Assembly (NCBI RefSeq): GCF_013141775.1 | Contig: NZ_WHOB01000082.1 | Location: forward strand, 39,922-103,921 | Direction: 5' to 3' | Length of the DNA stretch: 64,000 bases | DNA from: Paenibacillus phytohabitans | GTDB taxonomy: Bacteria > Bacillota > Bacilli > Paenibacillales > Paenibacillaceae | Shown here: positions 9,926-19,841 of the stretch, piece after piece | Layout of the letters: the number at the start of each line of letters is the position of its first letter | How positions within the stretch are numbered: position 1 is the first letter of the stretch | Made by a program: the position numbers and the translations under genes | The notes under the pieces: model-generated | What the model was told of the DNA's origin: nothing | Databases searched by the model: none | Seen by the model: the letters and a program-made list of their open reading frames with translations, nothing else

Positions 9926-10126
9926 TACAGGGGGAATCCTTTGTGTATCAAGGGTTGTTGCGATGATACAGATGCGTGGAAGTTAGTAGGACAGTGTGTC
10001 CAATTGTACATTGGTGCAAATGTGGTGCAAAAAATAAAGATAATCGCCAGTAACTGGTGATAATTCGACATAAAAGCAAGCAAGAAGACGCTCGGGAATT
10101 GTTCTCCGCAGCGTCTTTATTTTTGC
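9888..10126 (+). repeat. Direct repeat copy A (~239 bp): last 37 nt of rlmCD, its ~190-nt 3' UTR and the terminator. Copy B lies at 12397-12634.
   Basis: The two copies align at roughly 88% identity by eye. They flank the 2.27 kb segment that carries the serine-hydrolase gene. Confidence 0.85.
10085..10125 (+). terminator. Rho-independent terminator AAGACGCT..AGCGTCTT + TATTTTTG.
   Basis: 8-bp perfect stem followed by a T-run. Same left arm 'AAGACGCTCGGGA' as the terminators at 12594 and 32325. Confidence 0.75.
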
Positions 10127-10285
10127 GATTTTGATTTGTTGAGGTATGGCGCAGATCGTGGAAGCGGATATAGCGTAGGTTGTTATTCTGAATGAACTGC
10201 CTGAACCATAGGTAAGTTCGCTCATGATGGAACGGCGATCCGTAGGCTTCTTTGCGTTCTGCGAAGTTCTCATTTCATGAGCAAT

Positions 10286-12163
10286 CTAAAAGTACAAATC
10301 CCAGCCGATGATAAGGGCGCTGAACAGCAATGCTGAAAAGCCGGACAGTGCATATAAGATTGTTCTTCGTTTGCCGTTCTTTTGCTTCCTGAGTTTAAGT
10401 CCAAGCAGTACGATATAACCCGCTGTCAGCACAACATAAACGATGTTCAATATTAGGTGAATGCGAAGGGATGAATAGGTCGACAGGATCAAGGTTCTAT
10501 AGCCCAGGATTGCAGTATTCGCAATAAAGGCAAGTCCTGCAGCATTCATCCAAAGATGGTATTTGTTCAACGGTGCTGGCATTTTTGGTGTTTTTTTAAA
10601 TCTGTGAATGATCCATTTGATCAGGCCGCCAAGAAGAGAAAAGATTATGATTGCTGTACCAAGACTGAATGCAACCAGGGTTATTCGAATACTTTGTGCG
10701 GACAGGCCTGTGAGCGAAAAAAAGTCGTTATACGGGTTCGAGAATTTGATCACTGCTCCCCCGGCATCCCGCACAAAATACATAAATCCAGAACTATAGA
10801 CCGGAACATAAGCATCAGGCGATATTTGGCTCAAGGGCTGGCCGTTATGATTTATATAGGAAGGGTTACTAGCGGTAATCTTCTCAGTATAAAAGAAGTC
10901 ACGGATTTTGGTGAATCCGTGGACCACTCTTCGCGCAGTTATATATTCACCAGCCACCTGTGAACTATCCGGAAGCTCGCCGCTGTAGACTGCGGGCAGG
11001 TAGTTGCCGAACACCTTGTCGACAAGGCCGGTGGTATAGTTCGACTCATTATACTGGTTGGTCATCACTACCATGCCGAAGCCGGATTGCGGGTCCAGCA
11101 CGAACTTGCTTGTGAAGCCGAGCGTATTCCCGGCATGTTCCAGCGCAGGAACAGCATAATTCACTGCAAAAAAACCGTGGGCAATTCTTGGAATGTCAGT
11201 CCCTTCATAGTACAGGCTGGGGGACAGCATTTCCTGTAATGTGGCATTATCGTGGAATAACGGACTGTTACGGCCCGCTGGAGGCAATAGAGCCGCCACG
11301 AATTTCGCTGCGTCCTTTGCTGTTCCTATGGTACTTCCTGCCGGATAAATACTGAGATAGGCTCTATTCTTCTTAATCAGCTTCAGCTTCGTTGTGTATC
11401 CTTGAATTCGGCTTCTCCCTTCGGCAACTGCCGGATTGTCCTGTTGCGCCCAGTGAATGGAGGTATGGTCCATGCCAAGCACTTCAAAGATATGCTTTTG
11501 CACATAGGTATAAAAGGGCATGCCGCTCTGCAGTTCCACAATATAGCCGGCCAGCGCTACTCCGAAATTGGAATAAGCTACAACCTTGCCTGGCGGGTTG
11601 ATCTGCCGGGGTTCAAGGCGCTGAAGTGCGTCTCCAAGTTCAGGGACATCTTCCTCTGCAAAATACCACAAATCAGTGCTCAGCTCCTGCCAGCCCGCGT
11701 TGTGATTCATCAGGTTCAGCAGAGAAACAGGCGTCTCATATTCTAGCTTGCTGAGAAAGCCTTCAGGAAGATATTCACGGATATCCGTCTCCAGATTAAG
11801 CTTCCCCTGCTCAACCAGCTGCATCACGCTGGTCCATACCAGCAGCTTCGTGCAGGAGCCCCACTCAAACACAGTATCTGTATCTGCAGGAACCTGACGC
11901 TCTATGTCTGCAAATCCATACGCTTTATCGAAGAGGGTGTCGCCATCGTTAACCACCGCCACAGACACGGCTGCAGTCGTCGGCTCATAGACAGTTTCAT
12001 GATTATCGGTCAACCCCTCAAGCGAAGACAAGGGTGAGCCGGAAGGAAGCAGAGCTTGCCCTTCCTCAGCTGCATATGCAGGAACTGCCAGCATCAGCAT
12101 AATGACAACAAGCATACTGGCGGAGAACTGCTTAACTCTGTTCCTTCTGTTTTGTTCTCTCAT
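10286..12163 (-). CDS. Serine hydrolase of the beta-lactamase/PBP (class C-like) fold with a signal peptide and C-terminal multi-TM anchor.
   Basis: S-x-x-K motif 'SCTKLL'. N-terminal signal peptide and four hydrophobic C-terminal helices. 625 aa. Confidence 0.7.
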   Translation of the reverse strand: MREQNRRNRVKQFSASMLVVIMLMLAVPAYAAEEGQALLPSGSPLSSLEGLTDNHETVYEPTTAAVSVAVVNDGDTLFDKAYGFADIERQVPADTDTVFEWGSCTKLLVWTSVMQLVEQGKLNLETDIREYLPEGFLSKLEYETPVSLLNLMNHNAGWQELSTDLWYFAEEDVPELGDALQRLEPRQINPPGKVVAYSNFGVALAGYIVELQSGMPFYTYVQKHIFEVLGMDHTSIHWAQQDNPAVAEGRSRIQGYTTKLKLIKKNRAYLSIYPAGSTIGTAKDAAKFVAALLPPAGRNSPLFHDNATLQEMLSPSLYYEGTDIPRIAHGFFAVNYAVPALEHAGNTLGFTSKFVLDPQSGFGMVVMTNQYNESNYTTGLVDKVFGNYLPAVYSGELPDSSQVAGEYITARRVVHGFTKIRDFFYTEKITASNPSYINHNGQPLSQISPDAYVPVYSSGFMYFVRDAGGAVIKFSNPYNDFFSLTGLSAQSIRITLVAFSLGTAIIIFSLLGGLIKWIIHRFKKTPKMPAPLNKYHLWMNAAGLAFIANTAILGYRTLILSTYSSLRIHLILNIVYVVLTAGYIVLLGLKLRKQKNGKRRTILYALSGFSALLFSALIIGWDLYF

Positions 12164-12396
12164 AGGTAAACTCCCTTATATAATTCACATGAATTGAAAC
12201 GTTCTTGAGTATTTCCACAAAATTACATCATATTCCTTCTTTTCTTTATCAGGTTGAACGGTCCAGGTGATAACGAAGAAACTTTTTGATAGGATAGGCC
12301 TTGCCGGGTTTTTGAAAAGCTCCGTATTTATTAGCATCGCGTGGGTTTAGGCATCCCCGTTAATTGTTATTAAATGTGTTGACTCTGCTTACTCTA

Positions 12397-12634
12397 CACA
12401 TGTGGAGTCGGTGGCTTGGCTGGAGCTTAAATAGTACAGTGGAGGGAATCTTTGTGTATCAAGGGTTGTTGCGATGCTACAGATGCGTGGAAGTTAGTAG
12501 AACAGTGAGCCTAAATGTACATTGGTGCAAATGTGGTGCAAAAATCAAGATAATCGCCAGGAACTGGAGATATTTCGACATCAAAGCAAGTAAGAAGACG
12601 CTCGGGAATTACTCCTGAAGCGTCTTTATTTTTG
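12397..12634 (+). repeat. Direct repeat copy B, carrying a 12-codon relic of the rlmCD 3' end and its own terminator copy (12594-12633).
   Basis: See copy A. Contains 'catgtggagtcggtggcttggctggagc' and the AAGACGCTC...GAAGCGTCTT + T-run terminator. Confidence 0.85.
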
Positions 12635-12696
12635 CACTGGTGTTAACATTCGTTAATCTCTGAGGTTAGTAAAAGCAGAATGAGCGTACAATGCAA

Positions 12697-12721
12697 AAAA
12701 AGCCGTGCGCTAACACGGCTC
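12697..12721 (-). terminator. Minus-strand terminator downstream of the LRR gene.
   Basis: Plus-strand A7 followed by hairpin GCCGTG-cgctaa-CACGGC, which reads as hairpin then U-run on the minus strand. Confidence 0.5.
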
Positions 12722-12853
12722 TCTTTGCAATAGCCACTTTTAAGGGCGGTAGGCCGCAACAAACAGGACACGACAGATAGACCGCAACCCCTTGCTGGGA
12801 GAGCGGTCTATTTACGTTTATTGGACAGTAATTTCAGCAGGTATTTTCTGAAA

Positions 12854-14755
12854 TCAATACACGAGCACGCCCGCACCAAGCACGGATGTGTTCAACACGG
12901 AATTGCCGGCCAGAAATACCTTTTGCAGATTAGGCAAGCGGCTTAAGGTTTCTATATTGGAAATGGCATTGTTCTCCAGATGAAGCTCTTCGATGGCCTG
13001 CCACTTGCTCATGAACTCCAGAGAAGCCAAATTGCTGTCTTGCAGGGTGAAGGAACGCAGAGCGGACAGGTTGGAGAAATAAGGAAGCGCCTGGTCAACT
13101 TCACTGACGGAGTTATTGTTTATGCTAAAAGAGGGCCGGTCTAAGGTCAAATGCTCAAGCACGCTGTTCGCCGCGCCTGCCTTTTGGACGAAATCGAGAC
13201 GGCATTCCGAGCATACCAGCGTATTCACCTGCTTCAAACGAAATAAGGCATCGCTCTCCTTATACAGCGACGAATCGTAGATGCTTAGTGTCTTCAGGCG
13301 GGTCAAGTCGTCCAGGGCGTCAAGCTGGGCCATTTCGTCGATGTCCCAGAGGGAAAGCTGCGCAAGCTCCGGAAATTTCCTGAGAGCGGCCATATCGAGC
13401 TCCGCACTTCCGCCCCGGATTGTCAGGGCGGTTACGGCAGGCGCTTTCAGTCCGGGGAGAAAGTCGCCGGGTATTTCGACCTGCCTTACGCCCGGCAATG
13501 TCAGCGCTTCTGCCTTCTCGTAGTACCCGGACAACGTGAATTCCCGCAAAGAGGGCAGGCTGTTCACGGCCGCTACCGAGCTAAGCTGGCTTAAGGAAGC
13601 CAGGCGGAGTGTGGTAATGGAAGTCTTTCCGGCCAGAGGCTTCAGATTGGAAAAATTCAAATTTTCCGTGTCAAGCATTTGCAGAGCAGGCATGTTTTGC
13701 ACAAAGTCGATGGACTTTACATTGGTCAGATAAGAAAGGTGAAGCTCCTGAAGCTGGGTTAAGGCGTACAGCGGCTGCAGGTCTGTGGCTTCACTGTGAT
13801 GGATGGCCAGGGATGACAGCCCGGTCATGGACGATAACCACCCCAGTTCATCGACAAAGGTAAGCGACAGGGACTTCAGCGGCAGCTTATTCAATAAATG
13901 AAAATCCGTCACAGACTCATCCACATAGGTAATGGCCAGAGAGCTTAGATTGGGGAATTCCAGCAACATCGCCAATTCCTGATTGCTGCGAAGCTGGGTG
14001 GTTAGCTCCGTAATTTTAGACTTATCGCCAAAGTAGCGGGAAAATGTGCTGAAGGATTCGTTAAAGGCACCGCCATAGCTTTTTAATCCGGCCATATGGG
14101 CAAACGTTGTTTGGTCCGCCTGGGAGATTTCGTAGGTATCCATCAGGTTCAGTGCCGTCAGCCCCTTAAAGGCTTCGAAATCCCGCTGATCGATCCGCTG
14201 GGTATTCAGTCTTTTGTCCTGGGTAACATAAGTGATCTTCTCGGCCCGCTCATTGCTGAAGGGGTCGGAGAGGCTGTAGGTGAAACGCCACTGGTCATTC
14301 TCCGATTGATCTACGCTTAAATAGCGCAGACGGGCCAATTCTTCTTCTGTCGGCATTGCAGAGCCTTTATCCAAGATCTCCCGCAAAAAGGAGAGCAGGA
14401 CCTCGCTTTCGGGCATCTTCCGCACAGACAGATTGGCTTCTGTTGTGTGCTGAGGGGAGTCTAAGCCGTAATAGAAATAAGTACCGATAGCGCCTGATAT
14501 GACGAGCAACAGGATAAGTACCAGCCTTAGGGGGACGGAGACAGAGACGGACGGCTTTGGCGTGGCCGTGGCCTCAGGAACTGTCCCGTGATAATGGTTA
14601 ATGGTCTGATCCACATAGTAGACATGATTTTGCTTCAATAGAAGCTCTGTATGGCAATAGGGACACTTGAGGATCGTACCTTCCTTGTATTCAATTCTTC
14701 CGCTGCAATTGGGACAGTTTAACGGAATAAATGCCACGAATGCCTCCTCCTTCAT
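12854..14755 (-). CDS. Membrane-anchored leucine-rich-repeat (internalin-like) protein with an N-terminal zinc ribbon.
   Basis: 'CPNCSGR...CPYCHTEL' zinc ribbon, one TM helix, then ~20 LxxLxL LRR units. An alternative GTG start at 14737 has a better RBS. Confidence 0.6.
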   Translation of the reverse strand: MKEEAFVAFIPLNCPNCSGRIEYKEGTILKCPYCHTELLLKQNHVYYVDQTINHYHGTVPEATATPKPSVSVSVPLRLVLILLLVISGAIGTYFYYGLDSPQHTTEANLSVRKMPESEVLLSFLREILDKGSAMPTEEELARLRYLSVDQSENDQWRFTYSLSDPFSNERAEKITYVTQDKRLNTQRIDQRDFEAFKGLTALNLMDTYEISQADQTTFAHMAGLKSYGGAFNESFSTFSRYFGDKSKITELTTQLRSNQELAMLLEFPNLSSLAITYVDESVTDFHLLNKLPLKSLSLTFVDELGWLSSMTGLSSLAIHHSEATDLQPLYALTQLQELHLSYLTNVKSIDFVQNMPALQMLDTENLNFSNLKPLAGKTSITTLRLASLSQLSSVAAVNSLPSLREFTLSGYYEKAEALTLPGVRQVEIPGDFLPGLKAPAVTALTIRGGSAELDMAALRKFPELAQLSLWDIDEMAQLDALDDLTRLKTLSIYDSSLYKESDALFRLKQVNTLVCSECRLDFVQKAGAANSVLEHLTLDRPSFSINNNSVSEVDQALPYFSNLSALRSFTLQDSNLASLEFMSKWQAIEELHLENNAISNIETLSRLPNLQKVFLAGNSVLNTSVLGAGVLVY

Positions 14756-15072
14756 GATGTGATGATGATAAGCTCATCTGAGCTGGCATCTGAGTTTATT
14801 ATACTTCTTTTATTCTATTACACTTTCCAGAGAGGATAGAGCCAGCTGTTGTCAAAAAGCAAGTGATTTGTAGGTGGCTTGGTTGGTGAGGGCAGGTAAA
14901 GGTGATACAGATGGCGGGAGACAGATTTGACATAATATTAATGTGGAAATCCACCAATTTCAACCTATTTCCCCCAAAATGAAAAGAAGCCCCCAGGAAA
15001 CTGCAAGTCCTGGGGGCTTCTTTTTTGTACTTATGTTTCATCATAGAGAATTAATAATGCTTGTTAACGAAC

Positions 15073-16059
15073 TTACCAGGCCCGTCCAGCCTGCATCGTC
15101 AATTGTACCAATTCCTCCAGCAGCTGCTCCTCCAGACTGATGATTTCACACATTCTTCTATGAATCTTCTCCCGCCCGGCCGGCTTATTGCCGGAGCACA
15201 TCACCTTGATCATGAATTGATTAATCAGATCCCACTGCTCTCCTGCATGACGGTAGCCCTCCGCGGCCCGGGAGAGTGCAGGTACAGAAGCCTCGCGGTT
15301 AAGCAGCTGCAGGAACTGGCTGAACCGGATCCGGCTGATGGGCAGGGCGTTGGCGTACAGCTTGAAGCGGGAACCGGCCTCGGCAGAATTATCGGCGGGG
15401 ATTCCTGTATGCAGATAGGTCCCGGCATAGGATCTGAGGTTAGCAGGAACCTCGCCCGGCTGAACCTGATTGGTTGGATCTGTCAGCATTCCTTGAAGCG
15501 TAGTCTGCCAATCCGTGTATGAATGCGTAGACTCACAACGGTCAAATAAGGCATAGAAATGGCAGGCCTGCTCAAGGATATCGAAATCTATTGCTTCAAG
15601 CTCTTTGCCATAGTAGGCATCCGTCAGATAGATGATGTTACCGGGCCGGTCCAGTCCAACAGCGAGACAGGCATGGCTGGTATGCAGCCTGCGGAAGGCC
15701 ACACACCAGGGGCAGTCATAAGAATCGAAGCCGACCAGCACCGGCATTCCCGAAGACAGCCGGCTCTCCAGAAGGTCAAGCATAAAGTCCTTATCCATCG
15801 CCGGCCCCTTCCGTTCAATATAATGGAATAGAAGGCCATGATACGCAGATAGGGATTCTGTACTGATCCGCGGCAGCACTAACCGCTCAATTAACGGCTG
15901 ATCCGGGGACTGCTGTTCTGCAAAGGACATCTGCCAGGCATTGCCGTACATGCACTTGCTGTCCTTGCCCTGCCACTCTGCAACAGACTGGATACAGTCA
16001 TCAATACAGCTGCGCAGGGTAGGATAGGGCGTACTTTTAATGGGAGCAATGTTCAGCAC
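15073..16059 (-). CDS. Hypothetical protein, possibly BtrH_N/DUF4872-like (papain-like acyl/aminoacyl transferase fold). Overlaps the 3' end of the AraC gene by 23 bp.
   Basis: ~330 aa with an N-terminal Cys-containing segment 'LRSCIDDCIQS'. The family call comes from length, architecture and context (adjacent carrier protein plus ATP-grasp). Not verified. Confidence 0.35.
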   Translation of the reverse strand: MLNIAPIKSTPYPTLRSCIDDCIQSVAEWQGKDSKCMYGNAWQMSFAEQQSPDQPLIERLVLPRISTESLSAYHGLLFHYIERKGPAMDKDFMLDLLESRLSSGMPVLVGFDSYDCPWCVAFRRLHTSHACLAVGLDRPGNIIYLTDAYYGKELEAIDFDILEQACHFYALFDRCESTHSYTDWQTTLQGMLTDPTNQVQPGEVPANLRSYAGTYLHTGIPADNSAEAGSRFKLYANALPISRIRFSQFLQLLNREASVPALSRAAEGYRHAGEQWDLINQFMIKVMCSGNKPAGREKIHRRMCEIISLEEQLLEELVQLTMQAGRAW

Positions 16060-16996
16060 TGCTCATCATCTCCTTTGCCGACAAAAAGTGACTCTGCAAC
16101 CGGTTTCGATAAGAGGCAGGAGTCATACCGCTATATTCACGAAATAGCCGGTAAAAATATTTCATGTCATAAATTCCGACCTCCAGGGCAATGGACTGTA
16201 TCCCAAGCTCTGTGAACATCAGCAGGAGGCAGCTATATTTCATGCGGATTTCCTGGAGCATCTGGATATAGGACCTGCCGGTCTTAATTTTGAATAATCT
16301 CTGAAACTGGCGGGAGCTCACCGCAATCTGGCGGCTCATCTCCTTCAGTGTGATTTTCTCTCTGAAATGACTGATCATATACAGGATGACGTCATGCAGC
16401 GGATCATAGTCTATTTCGGGCTGCTGAGCGAACGGAAGGGCGGCTGCGGGCATTATGAGGTCTGCGAGTTCAAATAGCAACGGGTATAGCTGCTGTTCGT
16501 CCCCAAGTGAGCCGCAGCTCTGCATCTCATGCATACGGCGGAGCAATAAGGCCAGCTCCATGCTGCTCTCCCTATACCCGAACCATTGCTTGACCTCCAG
16601 AAGCTCCAGGAGCGGGAACATCTCTTCTTCAGAAAAGGGTTCCGGCAGCCTCCTGAGCATCCTGCCAAGCTCAGGCCTGAGCATACAATTGTAGATGAGG
16701 AGCGGCTCTGCACCGGTCAGATCCTGCGGCTGGAAGACATGGGAAACCCCGGGCGGTATAACTAACAAATCCCCTTGCATAACCTGCATTTTATCCTCAT
16801 CCGCTTGGTGGATGCCTTCCCCCTGAACCACATAGGCGAGCTCTACAAAATCGTGCTGATGACGTACGGAAGTGACCGTTTCCTGAGTCAGGAGCATTTG
16901 TACCGGCGAACAGGAGTCAAATAGATATTCCCCAGTAAAGACCGGAAAAACTTCCATAACACAAACCTCCGTTTCCTGCTTCCTTAAGATAGACAT
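16037..16996 (-). CDS. AraC-family transcriptional regulator with an N-terminal cupin ligand-binding domain and C-terminal HTH.
   Basis: Cupin segment 'HQHDFVELAYVVQGEG'. C-terminal AraC HTH 'ITLKEMSRQIAVSSRQFQRLFK...YFYRLFREYSGMTPASYR'. Confidence 0.85.
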   Translation of the reverse strand: MSILRKQETEVCVMEVFPVFTGEYLFDSCSPVQMLLTQETVTSVRHQHDFVELAYVVQGEGIHQADEDKMQVMQGDLLVIPPGVSHVFQPQDLTGAEPLLIYNCMLRPELGRMLRRLPEPFSEEEMFPLLELLEVKQWFGYRESSMELALLLRRMHEMQSCGSLGDEQQLYPLLFELADLIMPAAALPFAQQPEIDYDPLHDVILYMISHFREKITLKEMSRQIAVSSRQFQRLFKIKTGRSYIQMLQEIRMKYSCLLLMFTELGIQSIALEVGIYDMKYFYRLFREYSGMTPASYRNRLQSHFLSAKEMMSSAEHCSH

Positions 16997-17114
16997 CTGG
17001 AATCCATCCTAGTATATCTGAATATTTTGGCGTATTCAACCATATATTAACAGTCTGCTATTTGGTATATTCATCCTATTCATTCCTATCATGCCTACTG
17101 AAAGGGGTATACAC

Positions 17115-17357
17115 ATGCAGCAAAAGGTTATTGAGATTATCGCGGAAATCAAGGAGGAGCCGGGCCTGCGTCAGACGCTGAGCGGAGCTTCCGATCTGAC
17201 GCTGGACGCCGCACTGGATTCGCTGCAAATCATCAACTTTATTCTGAGAATCGAAGATGAATTCGATGTCGAAGTAGACTTTGATACCTTTGATCTTGAG
17301 CATTTGAAATCGGTGGACCGCTTCTCCGCGTATGTCGCCGAGCTTGCTGTACGATGA
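17115..17357 (+). CDS. Acyl/peptidyl carrier protein with a phosphopantetheine attachment site.
   Basis: 80 aa, acidic, with 'LDAALDSLQI' (DSL serine). AAAGGGG RBS. Its stop overlaps the next gene's ATG (ATGA). Confidence 0.75.
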   Translation: MQQKVIEIIAEIKEEPGLRQTLSGASDLTLDAALDSLQIINFILRIEDEFDVEVDFDTFDLEHLKSVDRFSAYVAELAVR

Positions 17358-18703
17358 AGCACGCTGTACACTGCGGCAGCCTGGAGTCGGAACGGTACTG
17401 GCGGGAGGAAGACCTGGCTGCGCTGCCATCCGTTCCTGATGCGAAGGCTCTGGCTATCGTGCAGGCCATGGATGAACTGCTGTTTGTCTTCTGCGGGAGC
17501 GGAGATATTCTATTAACCCGCCATGGGATGGACAAGGCTCAATATGACTATCTGCAATCTCTCAATTATTCATTCAAGACCAATATGAATCCTTTAACCC
17601 TGGGCGTGGAGGCACCTGGCACAGCACAGAACGCACTGAATGCAATGAATGTATTCGAGCTGCTGGGCAGGCTGAACCCCGGGCAGGAGCCGGACAGGTT
17701 AATACCGGAAGGAGCATGGCTTGAGCCCTTTGCCGTGCTTCCCGGAACGCATGAGGCGGTTAAGCGGTATAAGCTTCAGCCCGCTCTCCCGGATGAACAG
17801 ACTGTGCGCAAAGTGAACACCAAAACCTACTCTGCTGCTATGCGGGACAGGCTGCTGCTGCCGAATATCGCTGTTGTTGTCCATAGCGCGGAAGAGCTGC
17901 TGCAATCCGGACAAGCGCTGCTGGAGAAGGGGGCTTTTCTGATCAAGGATGAGTATGGTGTATCCGGCAAAGGCAATCAGCTCGTGGACACTGAGCGGAT
18001 ATTGCGCCGGATTGCCGGGTACCTGGAATCCAGCCGGAACCAGGACAAACGAATAAAGTTTGTGCTCGAACCGCTGCTGGACCGGGAGACCGACTTCTCC
18101 TGCCAATTTCACATTGATCCGGAAGGCCGGATCTCGATATTGTCCGTTCAGCAGCTGGTCAACCATGGCTTTGCCTTCGGAGAGTCCCACTCCCCGGAGC
18201 CGGCTCTGCTCGAAAGGCTGGACCGGGAAGACTATTGGGAGATCATGCACAGCATTGGGCGGGAGCTGTATGCAGACGGTTACTTCGGTGATGTATGCGT
18301 GGATTCCATGCTGCTGCGTGACGGAAGCCTCGCCCCTCTGGTCGAGATCAATGCCCGGAAGTCGATGAGTCTGATCAAGCATAATGTAGACCGCCAGCTC
18401 AAGCAGGAAGGAATGCATACCTGCCTGTTACAGGTGCCGCTGGCAACCATGGGCGAGGTTCATTATGCAGAGCTGCTGGGGCGGCTTGAGCGGGAAGGCA
18501 TATTATTTTCGCTGGGAGCGGGGGAAGGCGTGATTCCGTTGGCTTCGGGCACACTCCAGCCTCCTGACCCGTCCCGGTCTGCCGGTTCCACTAAGGGCAA
18601 GCTGTATGCCGCACTCGCTTACCGGGATGAAGACAGCAAGCACAGACTCACCCGCAAGCTGGACGAATCGCTTCTGCGCTCGGGCTACACTATACTGCGA
18701 TAA
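17354..18703 (+). CDS. ATP-grasp family ligase, putative carrier-protein aminoacyl/carboxylate ligase (BtrJ-like role).
   Basis: Glycine-rich loop 'LIKDEYGVSGKGNQL' and Mg-binding 'LVEINARKSMS' (E-x-N-x-R). 449 aa. Translationally coupled to the carrier protein. Confidence 0.6.
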   Translation: MKHAVHCGSLESERYWREEDLAALPSVPDAKALAIVQAMDELLFVFCGSGDILLTRHGMDKAQYDYLQSLNYSFKTNMNPLTLGVEAPGTAQNALNAMNVFELLGRLNPGQEPDRLIPEGAWLEPFAVLPGTHEAVKRYKLQPALPDEQTVRKVNTKTYSAAMRDRLLLPNIAVVVHSAEELLQSGQALLEKGAFLIKDEYGVSGKGNQLVDTERILRRIAGYLESSRNQDKRIKFVLEPLLDRETDFSCQFHIDPEGRISILSVQQLVNHGFAFGESHSPEPALLERLDREDYWEIMHSIGRELYADGYFGDVCVDSMLLRDGSLAPLVEINARKSMSLIKHNVDRQLKQEGMHTCLLQVPLATMGEVHYAELLGRLEREGILFSLGAGEGVIPLASGTLQPPDPSRSAGSTKGKLYAALAYRDEDSKHRLTRKLDESLLRSGYTILR

Positions 18704-18719
18704 AGAAAGGGACCCTCCA

Positions 18720-19841
18720 ATGAATAACACCGTGACGATTCTATGCTCTGGTTTTGGTCTGGGCTTCTATGTCCCCGGCCTGCTGATGGAACGGAGACTT
18801 ACCGCACTTGGCATCCAGGCGGAGATTGAGGTTTTTGAAACACTCATGTCCGACAGCAAAAAACAGCAGACAGACAACAGCCGCAAAGCGTACCAGCAGA
18901 GCTTTGCCGTAGCCTTGACCTCGCAGAAAATACCGGGTGATATCCGGGGCAGCCTGGATGCTGCGGCCGTGGAACATTTATTACAGCAATGGAAGCAGGA
19001 AGAACGGCAGCGCTTCATTGTATTATCCGGGCATTGGGTGCATGTCATGGACAGGTACCGTGAACTGGCCGGCTTTCCTGTGGAGGCTGACCTGCTCTAT
19101 ATTGATGCCGACCTCTCGCCGTCATGGAAGAATCTCCGCAGGCTGAATCCCGGTTACGCGGAAGGCTACCGCGAAGTAATTATGTATGACCCTGCGGCAA
19201 GGGAGATTCTATGCAGCATAGATGCCGGACCCGCGGAGGCATTGCCCGCTGCGGCCAGGAACGGGAGACTGGTTGTTCATGGCGGCGGCTGGGGAATTGG
19301 CACCTTCCGTGAGAAGTTTGATAGCCTGGAGTCGGCAGGGTATGAACTGGATATAGCCTCATACAGTCCTCAGGAGATTGGAGAGGCCGTCCATGGAAGA
19401 CGTTATTATATGAACGATCCGGAGTGGCGGACCTGGAAGCGTGACAGCAGCGGGCAGTATACCTTCCCGCCTTTTGCAGAAGTAACCGTCAGCCAGCCGG
19501 ACCGCTATCCGCCCTGCCGTAACTACCAGGACGGGATGTATGGCGTCATCCGTCAGGCATTCGCAGTTATCAGCAAGCCCGGTGGAGGCGCCCTGATTGA
19601 TTCACTGGCCTCAGGCACACCGCTGGTGCTGCTGGACCCTTTCGGCCCGCATGAGAAGATTAACAGCGATCTGTGGGTAGAGCTTGGGTACGGCATCCGG
19701 TACGGGGAGTGGGCCGAGATGGGCTTTGACCGTGAGGCACTGCGGAAGCTGGCGGACAACCTCCAGTCAGCCAAGGGCCGGTACCCGGATTATGCGGCAA
19801 GCTATGCGGAGCAGCTATCCGCAGCAGAAGGGAGAAGCTAA
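18720..19841 (+). CDS. GT-B glycosyltransferase, GT28/MGDG-synthase/UgtP-like.
   Basis: C-terminal 'ISKPGGGALIDSLASGTPLVLLDPFGPHEKINSDL' matches the MurG/UgtP donor-binding region. The N-terminal 'ILCSGFGLGF' occupies the position of the GxGH loop but lacks the His. Confidence 0.6.
   Translation: MNNTVTILCSGFGLGFYVPGLLMERRLTALGIQAEIEVFETLMSDSKKQQTDNSRKAYQQSFAVALTSQKIPGDIRGSLDAAAVEHLLQQWKQEERQRFIVLSGHWVHVMDRYRELAGFPVEADLLYIDADLSPSWKNLRRLNPGYAEGYREVIMYDPAAREILCSIDAGPAEALPAAARNGRLVVHGGGWGIGTFREKFDSLESAGYELDIASYSPQEIGEAVHGRRYYMNDPEWRTWKRDSSGQYTFPPFAEVTVSQPDRYPPCRNYQDGMYGVIRQAFAVISKPGGGALIDSLASGTPLVLLDPFGPHEKINSDLWVELGYGIRYGEWAEMGFDREALRKLADNLQSAKGRYPDYAASYAEQLSAAEGRS

Noticed and set aside
12364-12618. 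84-aa ORF across direct-repeat copy B
   Set aside because: It spans the rlmCD 3' relic and the noncoding UTR. No RBS. It is duplicated noncoding sequence.
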